Origin: Myxococcales bacterium
GTDB taxonomy: Bacteria; Desulfobacterota; Binatia; HRBIN30
DNA length: 64,000 nucleotides
Direction: 5' to 3'
Assembly: GCA_037445065.1 (NCBI GenBank)
Contig: JBBILD010000003.1
Coordinates: forward strand, 32,001-96,000
The stretch's first letter is position 1; every line of letters starts with the position of its first letter. Positions 23,746-38,085 of the stretch are shown here, piece by piece. A program made the translations under genes and the position numbers. The notes beneath the pieces are model-generated. The model saw nothing but the letters and a program-made list of their open reading frames with translations. It did not search any database and was not told where the DNA came from.

Positions 23746-24924
23746 TTACCGAGTGGGCTGTGCGGGGGCGCTCTCTAGAACGGCGCTGGGCAACCCAGGA
23801 TCGGCCGGTTCCGTGCTGGAAAGCGGGTCGCGCAGCATGTTCGCAACCGAAACCAAGGCGATGTCCGACTCAGTGAAGCGCCTTACTTCTTCGCGTAGTG
23901 TTTCCGCGCTGCCCTCCGCGGGGACCAAGAGGATGCGATCGCCCGCCTGCTGCGCCAGCATGCGGGCAGCAACCAGGCGGACTTGCAAGCGGTCAGGCGG
24001 ACTTTGCACGAGGTTTTCCTCGGCACTCGTACAGCGGATTTCCATTCGTGCCACCCGGCTGCACACTTCCTTGCTCCAGGAATTCGGCCACACGACCAGA
24101 AGAGGGGCGCGGCCGCGCAACTGTGCGAGGAACCCGATCTCGGTCAAGGCGGGAACCGTCTCTTCCCGGGCCCGTAGCAGCAAACCCGAAGCTCGGGGCA
24201 ATTTCTGGAATGCGAGAGCGAGGGAGGCCGTGAGGTCGCCTTCTTCCGTTTCCGGTGCCGATTCGGGAGGGTATACCCAGTCCACCAACACTTCCCCTCC
24301 CGCGGCAGCAAGCCGCTCAGCCACCACGTCGGAAAACGGCGTAAAGGGCGACACGGCAAACGAGGGTCGCGGTTCGATGGCAAGAAACTCGCGGGCGGAC
24401 AGGAGGTCGCTTCCGAGGCCGGTAACGATCAAGGAGACCCGCGGGCGGCCGGGGATCCAGTCGAAACGCACCGTGTGAGTGCGGAGACCGGCGATTCCAT
24501 ACTGGAGTTCAGCGAAGTCTTTTCCTTCCTGCACGGCCACGGAAGTGCCAGGTACCTGGTGGGGGAGAGCAAGAAAGGGGGCAAGAAATTGATCGAAGTT
24601 ACGCGGCCGGCGCAGGGAAAGCAGGTAACGCCGGTGGGTCCATTGAAGCACGCCTTGTCCCATCGGTTCTTCGTCGGGATCGGGTAACGGAAAAGACTCC
24701 GCGAATTGGCGCAAAGCAATTGTGAGCTGGGCGGCAGCGAGAATCACTTGCGAGGGTTCGACGGCGGCAGGCTCGGCGGAAAGGGCAGGAGCAGCAATGG
24801 GGCGGTTCTCGAGTGGGTTCCCCTGTTGGAGGTACTGTAAGTCGAGGTACGCGAGGCCAGCGATGAGGAGCATCGACAGCCAGCGCAGCGGCGACAAAGC
24901 AGTGAGGAAGCGGACACGAGCCAT
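23746..24924 (-). CDS. Divergent polysaccharide deacetylase (YibQ)-like membrane-anchored protein
   Basis: N-terminal TM; RPRVSLIVTGLG, FAVSPF, GGEVL; position after ctpA is typical; metal motifs degenerate. Confidence 0.6.
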   Translation of the reverse strand: MARVRFLTALSPLRWLSMLLIAGLAYLDLQYLQQGNPLENRPIAAPALSAEPAAVEPSQVILAAAQLTIALRQFAESFPLPDPDEEPMGQGVLQWTHRRYLLSLRRPRNFDQFLAPFLALPHQVPGTSVAVQEGKDFAELQYGIAGLRTHTVRFDWIPGRPRVSLIVTGLGSDLLSAREFLAIEPRPSFAVSPFTPFSDVVAERLAAAGGEVLVDWVYPPESAPETEEGDLTASLALAFQKLPRASGLLLRAREETVPALTEIGFLAQLRGRAPLLVVWPNSWSKEVCSRVARMEIRCTSAEENLVQSPPDRLQVRLVAARMLAQQAGDRILLVPAEGSAETLREEVRRFTESDIALVSVANMLRDPLSSTEPADPGLPSAVLESAPAQPTR

Positions 24925-24980
24925 CGGCGCCCCGGACCAACTGCGCTCCGGTGTCTGCTTACCGCCGCCTCGACTTCGCG

Positions 24981-26345
24981 CTACTGTTGTTGCGCAACGA
25001 CGGTCTTAAATACCTGCCAACTCTTCAGCAGCTCGAGGGCGCGGTCGAGTTGCGGGTCCTTGCCCAATTCCCCTTCTCGAATCTCGGGCAGCGCGCTCTC
25101 GCCCTCGTCCTCCGGTACATCCTCCGACTCCCCCGGCTCGCCAGAGGGCGGTTGTTTCGGAGCCCGCAAGTGACGCGGGAGATTCTCTTCACGGATTCGG
25201 GGGAAGGTTCCTGCTCCGCTGCCGGCACGCACGAGAGCGGGGGTGTTGTCCAGGATGATGTCCGGTGTGATCCCGGTCGCCTGGATGGAACGTCCTTTGG
25301 GGGTGTAGTAGCGCGCCGTGGTCAGGCGGATGGCGGAGTTCTCGTCCAGCGGCAAGATGGTCTGCACCGATCCCTTGCCGAATGTTTGCGTGCCGAGCAC
25401 CAGAGCACGCCGGTGGTCTTGCAGGGCTCCGGCCACAATTTCCGAGGCACTGGCGCTGCCGCCGTTGACCAACACGATCATGGGGAAGTCCGTATGGGAG
25501 CCGGCCTTGTGCGCGAAGTACTTTTGTTTCTGTGTCTCTAGCCGGCCATCCGTGTACACGACCAGGCCGGAATCAATGAATTCATCTGCCACTTTGATTG
25601 CCTGGGTCAGCAAGCCGCCTGGGTTGTTGCGTAGATCCAGAATCAGGCCCTGGAGCGGACCGCCGTTGTCCTGCTCCAGCTTGGCGAGTGCTTTTTGCAA
25701 ATCGTCGTCGGTTCGTTCCTGGAAACTGGTGATCCGCACATAGGCGTACCCTTTTTCCAGCAAGCGCGCTTTGACACTTTGGATTTTGATGATCTCGCGG
25801 GTGAGCGTGAGTTCGATCGGCTTGGCGACCCCTTCGCGGCGAATGGTCAAGCGCACTTTTGTGCCGGGGGTGCCGCGCATGCGCCGCACCGCATCCACCA
25901 GCGACATGTCCTTGGTCAACTCCTCATCGATTTTGATGATTTGGTCCCCGGAACGGATGCCGGCGCGATAGGCTGGGGTGTCTTCGATGGGCGAGACCAC
26001 GGTGAGCACGTTGTTGCGGATCGTGATCTCGATGCCCAGACCTCCGAACGTGCCACGGGTGTCCACCTGTAACTCCCGGTACGAGTCGGGGGGCAAGTAC
26101 GCGCTATGTGGATCCAAGGCACTCATCATGCCGGTGATCGCGCCCTCGATGAGTTGCTTGGTGGTCACCGGGTCCACGTAATTGCGCTGCACCAGTGTGA
26201 GCACGTTGGTGAAGACTTCGATGTTTTCGTACGCGTCCTTGGCGATTGCCGAGACGCGGGTAGCCAGACGGCTGCCCGACCACAAGACGAGGCTCAATAA
26301 AACTCCCCACCACAGCGCGTGGAGCCAGCGGCGACGTGACGTCAT
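24981..26345 (-). CDS. ctpA: Carboxyl-terminal processing protease (S41, PDZ)
   Basis: LDPHS, FGGLGI, DLRNNPGG, SASASEIVAGALQD, TFGKGSVQ. Confidence 0.95.
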   Translation of the reverse strand: MTSRRRWLHALWWGVLLSLVLWSGSRLATRVSAIAKDAYENIEVFTNVLTLVQRNYVDPVTTKQLIEGAITGMMSALDPHSAYLPPDSYRELQVDTRGTFGGLGIEITIRNNVLTVVSPIEDTPAYRAGIRSGDQIIKIDEELTKDMSLVDAVRRMRGTPGTKVRLTIRREGVAKPIELTLTREIIKIQSVKARLLEKGYAYVRITSFQERTDDDLQKALAKLEQDNGGPLQGLILDLRNNPGGLLTQAIKVADEFIDSGLVVYTDGRLETQKQKYFAHKAGSHTDFPMIVLVNGGSASASEIVAGALQDHRRALVLGTQTFGKGSVQTILPLDENSAIRLTTARYYTPKGRSIQATGITPDIILDNTPALVRAGSGAGTFPRIREENLPRHLRAPKQPPSGEPGESEDVPEDEGESALPEIREGELGKDPQLDRALELLKSWQVFKTVVAQQQ

Positions 26346-26546
26346 GAGTGGACTGGACCTTTCTGCCAACACGAAGTGGCACGGCTTATAACCGAAGTGC
26401 GCTCCCGGCACAATTTACCTTCTTCCTCGCGAACGCGTGTTGCACTTCGCGGCGGCACTCCACGGGGACACGGTTCGCGTCGCTCTGGAGATCCTTTGCG
26501 GGCGGGATTGGCGCAACCAACGCAGTCGCTAAACTCTGGCGGTACC

Positions 26547-27125
26547 ATGAGTAGTTCGTCGTTAGTGCGCCGCAATCTCACCGAGTTTTTCCGAGAGATT
26601 CTGCAGCGAGCCATGGAAGCGCAGGAAGTGCGTACCACGGAGGATGCAGAATTTTACCTGGTCAAACTGCTCGAAGGGGTTGCGCATCCGGTACGCCGCT
26701 GGGACGACCGCCCGCTTGCGCTCGATTACTTGGAGTCCTTTCACAGTCCGCCGGCTCATCGCTTCGGCAAGCTCAAGCACGTTGGCGACACAGCGTTGCT
26801 CATGGCCGGGTTGTTCATGGAAGCGATGGACCGCCGGCTCGTGAACAGTGACTACTACGCGATGCTCGGCCAAACTGCGTACGGCCACCTCGCAACCTTG
26901 GGGAGCGTTGGAACGGCCAGCGGCGTGTTTTCCGAGTTATCCGACCGGTTCCGCGACTTGGTGCGGGTGTTCGCGGAAATCAGTTTCCGCGATCTGTTTC
27001 CAAGCGACGCGCAGGCGTTACGCGTGTACACACGCTGGCTCTACACGCGCAGTGAGCGGGATGCGCTGTGGCTCATCCAGCGCGGTATGATCCCGGTGCG
27101 GCCACCAAAGGGGAAAGCCCACTGA
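26547..27125 (+). CDS. Hypothetical helical protein
   Basis: Protein-like composition (EFFRE, FYLVKLL, LKHVGDTALL, YYAMLG); 3' end overlaps the convergent methyltransferase. Confidence 0.7.
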   Translation: MSSSSLVRRNLTEFFREILQRAMEAQEVRTTEDAEFYLVKLLEGVAHPVRRWDDRPLALDYLESFHSPPAHRFGKLKHVGDTALLMAGLFMEAMDRRLVNSDYYAMLGQTAYGHLATLGSVGTASGVFSELSDRFRDLVRVFAEISFRDLFPSDAQALRVYTRWLYTRSERDALWLIQRGMIPVRPPKGKAH

Positions 27126-27771
27126 GTGCAGCCTTCTCGGCGGCCTTGCCGTTGCGGGCAATCATAATGGTGAAGAGGGAGTAACGGCTCAGTTTGAAGG
27201 CGCGCACTTGGTCCAGCGGTTGAGAGTCCAGCACCTCGTTCAAGTCCAGGGTGTGCCAGCCGAGATGTAAGGTGATCGGCTCCACCATGCGATCGAGAGC
27301 CGCGAACAACCGGTTGCGGCTGCGGAAGTGGTTGATCAAAGCGATGGTCCCCTGGGGTTTGCTGACACGCACGATCTCTCCCATCAGCCGCCGAGCATCC
27401 GGCACAACGCTCACGACATGGAAGGCGGTTACGTAATCGAAGACACTGTTCTCGAACTGCAGATTGAGCGCATCCATCCGCATGAGGCGGATGTGGGTCC
27501 AGCCGTGGCGTCGTACCTTTTCCTGTGCCTTTTGCAGCATGTCGGGAGCGAGATCGATGCCGACCACTTGCGCATGTGTTGGATAGGCCTCGAGCGAGAT
27601 CCCGGTACCAACGCCGACCTCGAGCACCTTGGCGCCAGGCGGAATGGCCAATGACTCAATCACACGGTGGATACGCGGGGCAAAGATCCGCGTAAAAATT
27701 AAATCGTAAACGTGAGCGAGCTCCGAATACAGTTTACTCTCGTGTGCCTGCGCGCCCTCGAATGCGGCCAT
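27073..27771 (-). CDS. Class I SAM methyltransferase, PmtA (phospholipid N-methyltransferase)-like
   Basis: YDLIF, VLEVGVGTG, GIDL, VVSVVPD, NHF. Confidence 0.8.
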   Translation of the reverse strand: MAAFEGAQAHESKLYSELAHVYDLIFTRIFAPRIHRVIESLAIPPGAKVLEVGVGTGISLEAYPTHAQVVGIDLAPDMLQKAQEKVRRHGWTHIRLMRMDALNLQFENSVFDYVTAFHVVSVVPDARRLMGEIVRVSKPQGTIALINHFRSRNRLFAALDRMVEPITLHLGWHTLDLNEVLDSQPLDQVRAFKLSRYSLFTIMIARNGKAAEKAALSGLSPLVAAPGSYRAG

Positions 27772-27817
27772 GCGTGCGTGCTCCTTGCGCGGTTCCCCAG
27801 GGGCTGAGCGCGGGAGC

Positions 27818-28006
27818 TTACGCGGCCGTGTCCCCGCGTAGCTCGCGTTTGAAAGCGGTTACGTCGCGTTGCCGAAAACGCCACTGCCGGCCTTTCTTGA
27901 ACGCCGGCAGGATACTCTTGCGCGCGAATTCGTTCACGGTGTCCGGACTCATATCGAGAATACGAGCAACTTCCTTGCTCGTGAGAATTGCATCGTCTTT
28001 TTCCAT
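27818..28006 (-). CDS. Small excisionase/BldC-like helix-turn-helix protein
   Basis: LTSKEVARIL, LPAFKKGRQWRF. Confidence 0.85.
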   Translation of the reverse strand: MEKDDAILTSKEVARILDMSPDTVNEFARKSILPAFKKGRQWRFRQRDVTAFKRELRGDTAA

Positions 28007-28143
28007 CGCGATTCCCCCCGCAGGCCGGTCACTTGTCCGCTCAAAAATTGAATAGCTAGGATCGGCTAACATGGAGGAAAAATGCAGTCAAGGAAGCCAC
28101 CCCTCGTTAGATTCCCTCGGAAAAACCTCGCTAATTCACTGAC

Positions 28144-29862
28144 TTATCGCTGGTTCCCCGTGCGACTGGGGCGCAAACGCAGCAAGCGCAAGCGGGCCGG
28201 GGCTCGGCCTTGCGGGGTGAGGCGGTCGAGAGTGTACAAGATGTCGAAAGTGCCCTCCGTCAGGGGTTGGCGCTCATCGGGCCAGCGAAAGGCGATCGCT
28301 GGCCAGCTTCGGTCACCTTGCACCAAGAACATCCGGAAATGCTCTCCGCCAAAGGGCTGAACCGCGCGCAGAGACACCGCTCGCGAGAAAAACACGGGCT
28401 CGGGATTGCCGGCCCCGAACGGCTCGAGTTGTTCGATCTCTTGCCAGGTGCGGTCTGTCAGTTGCTCGAGGGGTAGTTCGAGATCTGCCCACACGGTTTC
28501 GGTGACTTGGGGTGCTCGCTGCAGGCGGATGGCTTGTTCGAAGCAGTGGCGGAAGGCCGGGATCTGGTCGGCCGCAATGGTGAGTCCGGCTGCCATCGGG
28601 TGCCCACCGAAACCGAGCAGAAGATCCGCGCACTCGCGCAACGCGGCGTGGACGTTCCAACCCGCGACGCTGCGCACGGATCCACGCCCGACGCCGCTTT
28701 GCGGGTCGAGTGCAATCAGGGCCGTGGGGCGCTGGAAGCGCTCCACCAAGCGGGCGGCGACGATCCCAATCACCCCAGGGTGCCAATCCGGGCTTGCGTA
28801 CACTAGAGTGCTCAAATGTTCCAAATCTGCGTCAGAGCGGCACAGTTCGATCGCCTGGCGCAGGACTTCCGCTTCGATCACCTGCCGATCTCGGTTGGTT
28901 TGGTCAATGAGCTGGGCAAGTTGCCAGGCGCGTTCCGTGTCTTGCTCGATGAGCAACTCGAACGCCTCTCGCGCAAGTCGCAGGCGGCCGCTCGCGTTCA
29001 GGCGCGGGGTGAGGCGGAAACTGACCGTTGCGGTGTCCATGCGTTCCCAGCCGGCAACCGACCGCAGCGCAGCGATGCCGGGGCGGGCTCCATTTTCGAG
29101 TAGGCGCAAGCCGTGGCTTACGATGACGCGGTTCTCCTCCGTGAGCGGAACGAGATCAGCCACCGTGCCCAGGCTCACCAAGTCCAAGCACTGGCGCAAG
29201 TCAGGGAGCTCTCCCCCCTGCGCGCGCAGGCGGCTGCGCACGCCGAGGGCCAGGTAAAAGGCAACTCCGGCACCGCACAGTCCTGAGAAAGGAAACCCGG
29301 CATTGTGCTCCACTGGATTGAGCACGGCGTAGGCCGGTAGGGGCTCTTTCGGGACCTGGTGATGATCGCACACGATGACGTCCATCCCCAATTCCCGCGC
29401 CACCAGCAACTCGCGGTGACTCGCCCCGCCGCAGTCCACGGTGATCAGCACCCGGGTACCGGCGCCTGCCAACTCCTTCAGCGCAGCAGCGTTGAGTCCG
29501 TATCCTTCACGGTGGCGGTCGGGAATGTACACCGAAGGGGCATGGTCGAGATCGCGCAAGAAGCTGTACAGAACCGCCGCCCCGCTCACTCCGTCCACAT
29601 CGTAGTCTGCAAAGATGGTAACTGGCTCCCGGCGCGTGAGAGCGGCGATCACTCGGTGTACGGCGCGCTCCATGTCGCGGAACAAGAAGGGAGAGCGCAG
29701 TCCTTCACTGAGCCGAGGCTTGAGGAAGCGCTCCGCAGAGGCTGGGTCTTCGATCCCACGACGGACCAGGAGCTGCGCCAAAAGGGAGTTGATCCCCAGC
29801 TCACCTTCGAGTTGGGCTTCCGCCGCTGGATTCCCAGTCCGCAGGCACCACCGTTCCGCCAT
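28144..29862 (-). CDS. recJ: ssDNA-specific exonuclease RecJ
   Basis: DYDVDG, ITVDCG, DHH, GTVADLVPL, GGHPMAAG. Confidence 0.95.
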   Translation of the reverse strand: MAERWCLRTGNPAAEAQLEGELGINSLLAQLLVRRGIEDPASAERFLKPRLSEGLRSPFLFRDMERAVHRVIAALTRREPVTIFADYDVDGVSGAAVLYSFLRDLDHAPSVYIPDRHREGYGLNAAALKELAGAGTRVLITVDCGGASHRELLVARELGMDVIVCDHHQVPKEPLPAYAVLNPVEHNAGFPFSGLCGAGVAFYLALGVRSRLRAQGGELPDLRQCLDLVSLGTVADLVPLTEENRVIVSHGLRLLENGARPGIAALRSVAGWERMDTATVSFRLTPRLNASGRLRLAREAFELLIEQDTERAWQLAQLIDQTNRDRQVIEAEVLRQAIELCRSDADLEHLSTLVYASPDWHPGVIGIVAARLVERFQRPTALIALDPQSGVGRGSVRSVAGWNVHAALRECADLLLGFGGHPMAAGLTIAADQIPAFRHCFEQAIRLQRAPQVTETVWADLELPLEQLTDRTWQEIEQLEPFGAGNPEPVFFSRAVSLRAVQPFGGEHFRMFLVQGDRSWPAIAFRWPDERQPLTEGTFDILYTLDRLTPQGRAPARLRLLRLRPSRTGNQR

Positions 29863-29902
29863 CAAGGACTTTGTGGCACAGGCTTCCCGTAGGGCCAAGG
29901 GA

Positions 29903-30826
29903 TTAGGCCGTGCGCGCTCGTGCCAAAGCCGATCCCTGCAGCCAGAGGACGATGGGGCTGGAGATAAAGATCGAGGAGTACGTGCCAACGGTAAAGCCCA
30001 CGAGCAACGCAAAGGCGAATCCGTTGATCACGTCCCCGCCCAAGAAAAACAGCGCGAGCAAGACCAAAATCGCGGTTCCCGTGGTTAGGATTGTGCGGCT
30101 CAAGGTTTCGTTGATGCTTTGGTTGATGATCTTGTCGAGAGGATCGCGGCGGTTCTTGCGCAAGTTTTCGCGGATTCGATCGGAAACAATCACCGTGTCG
30201 TTGACCGAAAAGCCGACTACCGTCAGCAGTGCGGCGACAATGGTCAAATCGAACTCGTAGTTGAAGAGGGACAGCGCACCGACTGTGATCAACACGTCGT
30301 GGAACAAAGCAACTGCCGCTCCGATCCCGAAGCGCAGTTCGAAGCGGATCCAAATGTAAATCCCCATCATGACCGTGGCCGCGAGCACGGCGAGGATGGC
30401 GCGCGTGCGCAGCTCGCGGCCGACACGTGGGCCGACCGTTTCGATGCGCAGGATCTCCCATGCGTCGGTGCCGAATCTGTCGGTCAGGGCACGGGTAACC
30501 CGTTCGCTCACGTCGCTCTTCTCGTCCTTGCCCGAGGCAACTCGGATCAGGAACTCGCCGCCGCGTGAGTCGGCACTGCGAAAGTCCTGGATCGAGGCGT
30601 CGGCTAGTTCCGCGGCAGCGAGAGCGCTGCGTACGGCGTCCACCTTTTCTTCCTTGTGAAAGCGGACGTGCACGAGGGTACCACCGGCAAAGTCAATTCC
30701 ATAATTCGGCCCGCCCTTGAGAACCAGCGAGGCAAGGCCGGCCAAAATCAACGCCGAAGAAACGACGAGGGCTTTCCTGAAGTTGCCGACGAAATCGAAT
30801 TTTGTCCCCGGTTTGATCAGTTCCAT
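29903..30826 (-). CDS. secF: Protein translocase subunit SecF
   Basis: GIDFAGG, HDVLIT, GFSVNDTVIVSDRIRE. Confidence 0.96.
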   Translation of the reverse strand: MELIKPGTKFDFVGNFRKALVVSSALILAGLASLVLKGGPNYGIDFAGGTLVHVRFHKEEKVDAVRSALAAAELADASIQDFRSADSRGGEFLIRVASGKDEKSDVSERVTRALTDRFGTDAWEILRIETVGPRVGRELRTRAILAVLAATVMMGIYIWIRFELRFGIGAAVALFHDVLITVGALSLFNYEFDLTIVAALLTVVGFSVNDTVIVSDRIRENLRKNRRDPLDKIINQSINETLSRTILTTGTAILVLLALFFLGGDVINGFAFALLVGFTVGTYSSIFISSPIVLWLQGSALARARTA

Positions 30827-30840
30827 CTGCGACCTCTCCA

Positions 30841-32441
30841 CTAAATGCTCACGCGCTCGATCCGCCGCCGTGAAAGCAACCAGTCGTAAACCATGCGCGT
30901 GCCCACAACAGCGGTAAAGACGGAAGTCACGATGCCCACGCACAGGGTGACCGCGAAGCCTTTGATCGGGCCGGATCCAAACTGGAACAGAATCAGGCCG
31001 GATAGGAAAGTGGTGATATTCGAGTCGAGAATTGCCGGGAGGGCGCGTTCATAGCCGGCCTGGATGGCCGCGGCTGGACCTTTGCCGAGACGCAATTCTT
31101 CGCGGATGCGTTCGTTGATAAGCACGTTGGCATCTACCGCCATCCCCAGCGTGAGAACGATGCCGGCAATGCCGGGCAGAGTCAGAGTTGCCTGTAAAGC
31201 CGCCAGGGCAGCGAGCAGGAAGGCAACGTTGAGAATCAGTGCGAGGTCGGCGAGCAGCCCCGCAAACCGGTAGTACACGATCATGAAAATGACGACCATC
31301 GAGCCGCCGACCATGAAGGAGATAAACCCTTTGCGAATGGAATCTTGACCTAACGTCGGCCCGACCGTGCGCTCCTCGGCGATGTACACCGGGGCAGGAA
31401 GGGCGCCGGCACGCAAGACAATGGCCAGGTCGCGTGCCTCCTGAAGGCTGAACTGGCCGGTGATCGAGGCGCGGCCGCCGCCGATCCGTTCTTGGATCAC
31501 CGGTGCAGAGTACACCATTCCGTCGAGGATAATGGCGAGGCGGCGCTTCACGTTGGCACCAGTGATTTCCTCGAAGCGCTTGGCACCGCGCGGCGTGAAG
31601 TCGAGGGACACGTACGGTCCCTCGAGCTGCGTGCCTGCTCGAACCCGCGCATCGGCAATGGCGTCACCCGTCAGCAGCACCTTCTTCTCGACCAGGTACT
31701 TGGTCTTTTCGATCCGGTGGCCGACGCGCTCGCCCGTATAGCCGGGAACGATTTCCAGATCGGGCGGCAAGGGTTTCTGGCCGCTGATGTAAGCGTCTGC
31801 GTCCGGGACTTCGGCCAGCAGTTTGAACTCCAGCACGGCCGTGCGGCCAATGAGGGCTTTGGCGCGCTGTGGGTCCTGCACACCAGGCAACTGCACCAGG
31901 ATATCCTGACTGCCTTGGCGTTGGATGATTGGCTCGGCGACCCCGAACTGGTCCACTCGATTGCGGATGGTTTCGAGGGCCTGGTCAACGGCGAATTCGC
32001 GCAAGCGGCGCTCTTCAGCAGGTAACAGCTTTAGTTCGAACACGGTTGCGCCGTTTTCCGTACGCGAATCGCTGATGGTGAGGATGGAGAAGTCTTCTTC
32101 GATGAACTTCTCGAATTCGGAGCGGGCTTGAACCGAGTCCAGCCGTGCCACCAGGCGGTCGTCTTTGCGCTCTACACTGGCGATCGGGAGTTTCTTGTCC
32201 CCCGCCTCGCGGCGCAAATCCTCCGCCGTGCGATCGAGGGAGTTTTGCACCGCCTTGTCCACATCCACGGTGAGGACCAGATGCGTGCCCCCGCGCAAGT
32301 CGAGGCCTAAGCGAATCTGATTGGAGGGCAGATAGCGTTTCCAGAACTCCGGCAGCTCGCTGACCAGCGATGGCGTAAGGTACACCAGCGCGGCGACGAT
32401 CAGCGCGAGCATCCCTGCGATTCGATAGGTGAGGTTTCCCT

Positions 32442-32445
<4 letters not shown>
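30841..32445 (-). CDS. secD: Protein translocase subunit SecD
   Basis: LGLDLRGG, LRAGALP, GMAVDANVLINERI. Confidence 0.96.
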
Positions 32446-35031
<2,586 letters not shown>

Positions 35032-35182
35032 AACCGGAGTGTCTCGCATCGCTGCTTACTGGCAGCGCAGCGGCCGGACAGAGCCGCGCGAAGTTCGCGG
35101 CGATTAACCACAGGGCCCGCTGGCCGTCAAGGTTGCGCCAAGGCCGGTCGGTGCTGGCGGCTCGGTCCTGTAGGGAAAAACA

Positions 35183-35212
35183 AAAAAGGCACGGCTGGCG
35201 CCGTGCCTTTTT
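35183..35212. terminator. Intrinsic terminator after groEL (bidirectional type)
   Basis: AAAAAGGCACGGC-TGGC-GCCGTGCCTTTTT with A and T tracts on both flanks. Confidence 0.85.
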
Positions 35213-35233
35213 GTGTCCGCCCAAGGGACGAGA

Positions 35234-36868
<1,635 letters not shown>

Positions 36869-37162
36869 TTAGCCTTCGATCACCGCGAGAACGTCGTCCT
36901 CGCGCAAAATGAGATGCTCCTCGCCGTCAAGCTTGATCTCCGTCCCAGCGTACTTCCCGAAAAGAATCCGGTCGCCGGGTTTCACGTCGAGCGGGATGAC
37001 CTTCCCATCCTCGTTGCGCCCTGGCCCCACCGCAATGACTTTGCCTTCTTGCGGTTTTTCCTTGGCGGTGTCAGGGATGATGATCCCGCCCTTCGTTTTT
37101 TCCTCTTCCGTGATCCGCTTGACGATCAACCTGTCATGCAACGGACGAATCTTGACTGCCAT
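36869..37162 (-). CDS. groS: Co-chaperonin GroES
   Basis: [33 protein letters not shown]. Confidence 0.98.
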   Translation of the reverse strand: MAVKIRPLHDRLIVKRITEEEKTKGGIIIPDTAKEKPQEGKVIAVGPGRNEDGKVIPLDVKPGDRILFGKYAGTEIKLDGEEHLILREDDVLAVIEG

Positions 37163-37323
37163 ACCCTCCTCCTCGAACAAATTTTTTCCGCGGGCAGGGC
37201 GCCTGCCCGCGGGACGTTGTTGCCTGAATGCGTGCGGGTTCGGGGATGGTCCCGAACCCCAACCCATGCCCGGGTCCGCGACCCTGAGGCTCGCCCGAGC
37301 TAGGCACCGCGCCACCTCTTGTT

Positions 37324-37776
37324 TTAATGGATGGTGATCGGCACCCGCTTGCTCGCCAGCTCCCTCGGGGCCTTCATGGTGACCTCGAGCACGCCGTTGT
37401 GATAGCTGGCCCGAACCGTGTCCGGATCCACGCCGGAGGGAAGCGCAACGTTGCGCTCGAAGCGGCCGTACCGGATTTCCTTGTAGAAGCGGCTCGAACC
37501 ATTGCCTTCATGGACTTCCTTCCGCTCGCCGCGGATCCAGAGCCGGTCGCCTTCCACGCTGACCTCGAGATCGCTGGGGTCCACACCCGGCAGGTCGGCG
37601 CGGACGACGTATTCGTCACCGCGAACGAAGGACTCGACCGCAGGTGCCAACGGTACCGTCCAGCTCCGCCCGAACCACCGGCTCTCTTCCTCGAAGAAGC
37701 GAGTGAAGAAGTCATCAATCTCGTCGTGCAGCGTGGAAAGCGGAGCCAACGGTCGCCACGGGGTCAACGCCATCAT
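37324..37776 (-). CDS. Small heat shock protein Hsp20
   Basis: [34 protein letters not shown]. Confidence 0.93.
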   Translation of the reverse strand: MMALTPWRPLAPLSTLHDEIDDFFTRFFEEESRWFGRSWTVPLAPAVESFVRGDEYVVRADLPGVDPSDLEVSVEGDRLWIRGERKEVHEGNGSSRFYKEIRYGRFERNVALPSGVDPDTVRASYHNGVLEVTMKAPRELASKRVPITIH

Positions 37777-37825
37777 CGCTGCTCACCTCCTTTCCGTGCA
37801 CACTGTCTGTTTTTTGGCGGCCTCG

Positions 37826-37853
37826 CAAATAATCACGCTTGTTCCCGCGTCAA
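37826..37853 (-). promoter_or_regulatory. Candidate sigma70-type promoter of hsp20-groES-groEL
   Basis: Minus strand TTGACG-N16-TATTTG in a locally AT-rich patch. Confidence 0.35.
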
Positions 37854-38085
37854 GGGCTCGCGCCGCAAAAACTGTGCTCGCTTGTTAACCTCCGCTGGCC
37901 GTTGCCCGGGGCAATGGAATGGAAGGCGCTGTTCACTCAGCGGGAGGGAGTTTGCCTGTTCGGCAGGGATCTTTTATCCTGCCGGTCATTTTCGTGGCGG
38001 AGGAGCGGACTGCGAAGGCGCCGAGTCGGTGCGGTGTGCGAGGCCCAAGGTCCGAAGGAGAACAAAGTTTGAGGACTTCGTGCGT

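Noticed and set aside
26502..26524. Sigma54-like GG-N10-GC upstream of the 26547 gene
   Set aside because: The -12 element reads ACGC rather than TTGC; too weak in GC-rich DNA
37930..37956. CIRCE-like CACTC-N9-GAGT upstream of hsp20-groESL
   Set aside because: Outer arms are poor (TGTTCACTC / GAGTTTGCC versus TTAGCACTC / GAGTGCTAA) and it lies upstream of the candidate promoter
37327..38085. N-terminal extension of the aminotransferase ORF (654 aa)
   Set aside because: Overlaps hsp20 antisense; family homology starts at ATG 38086. Similar spurious extensions were trimmed for treS, leuD, recJ, secF, yajC and the LLM gene
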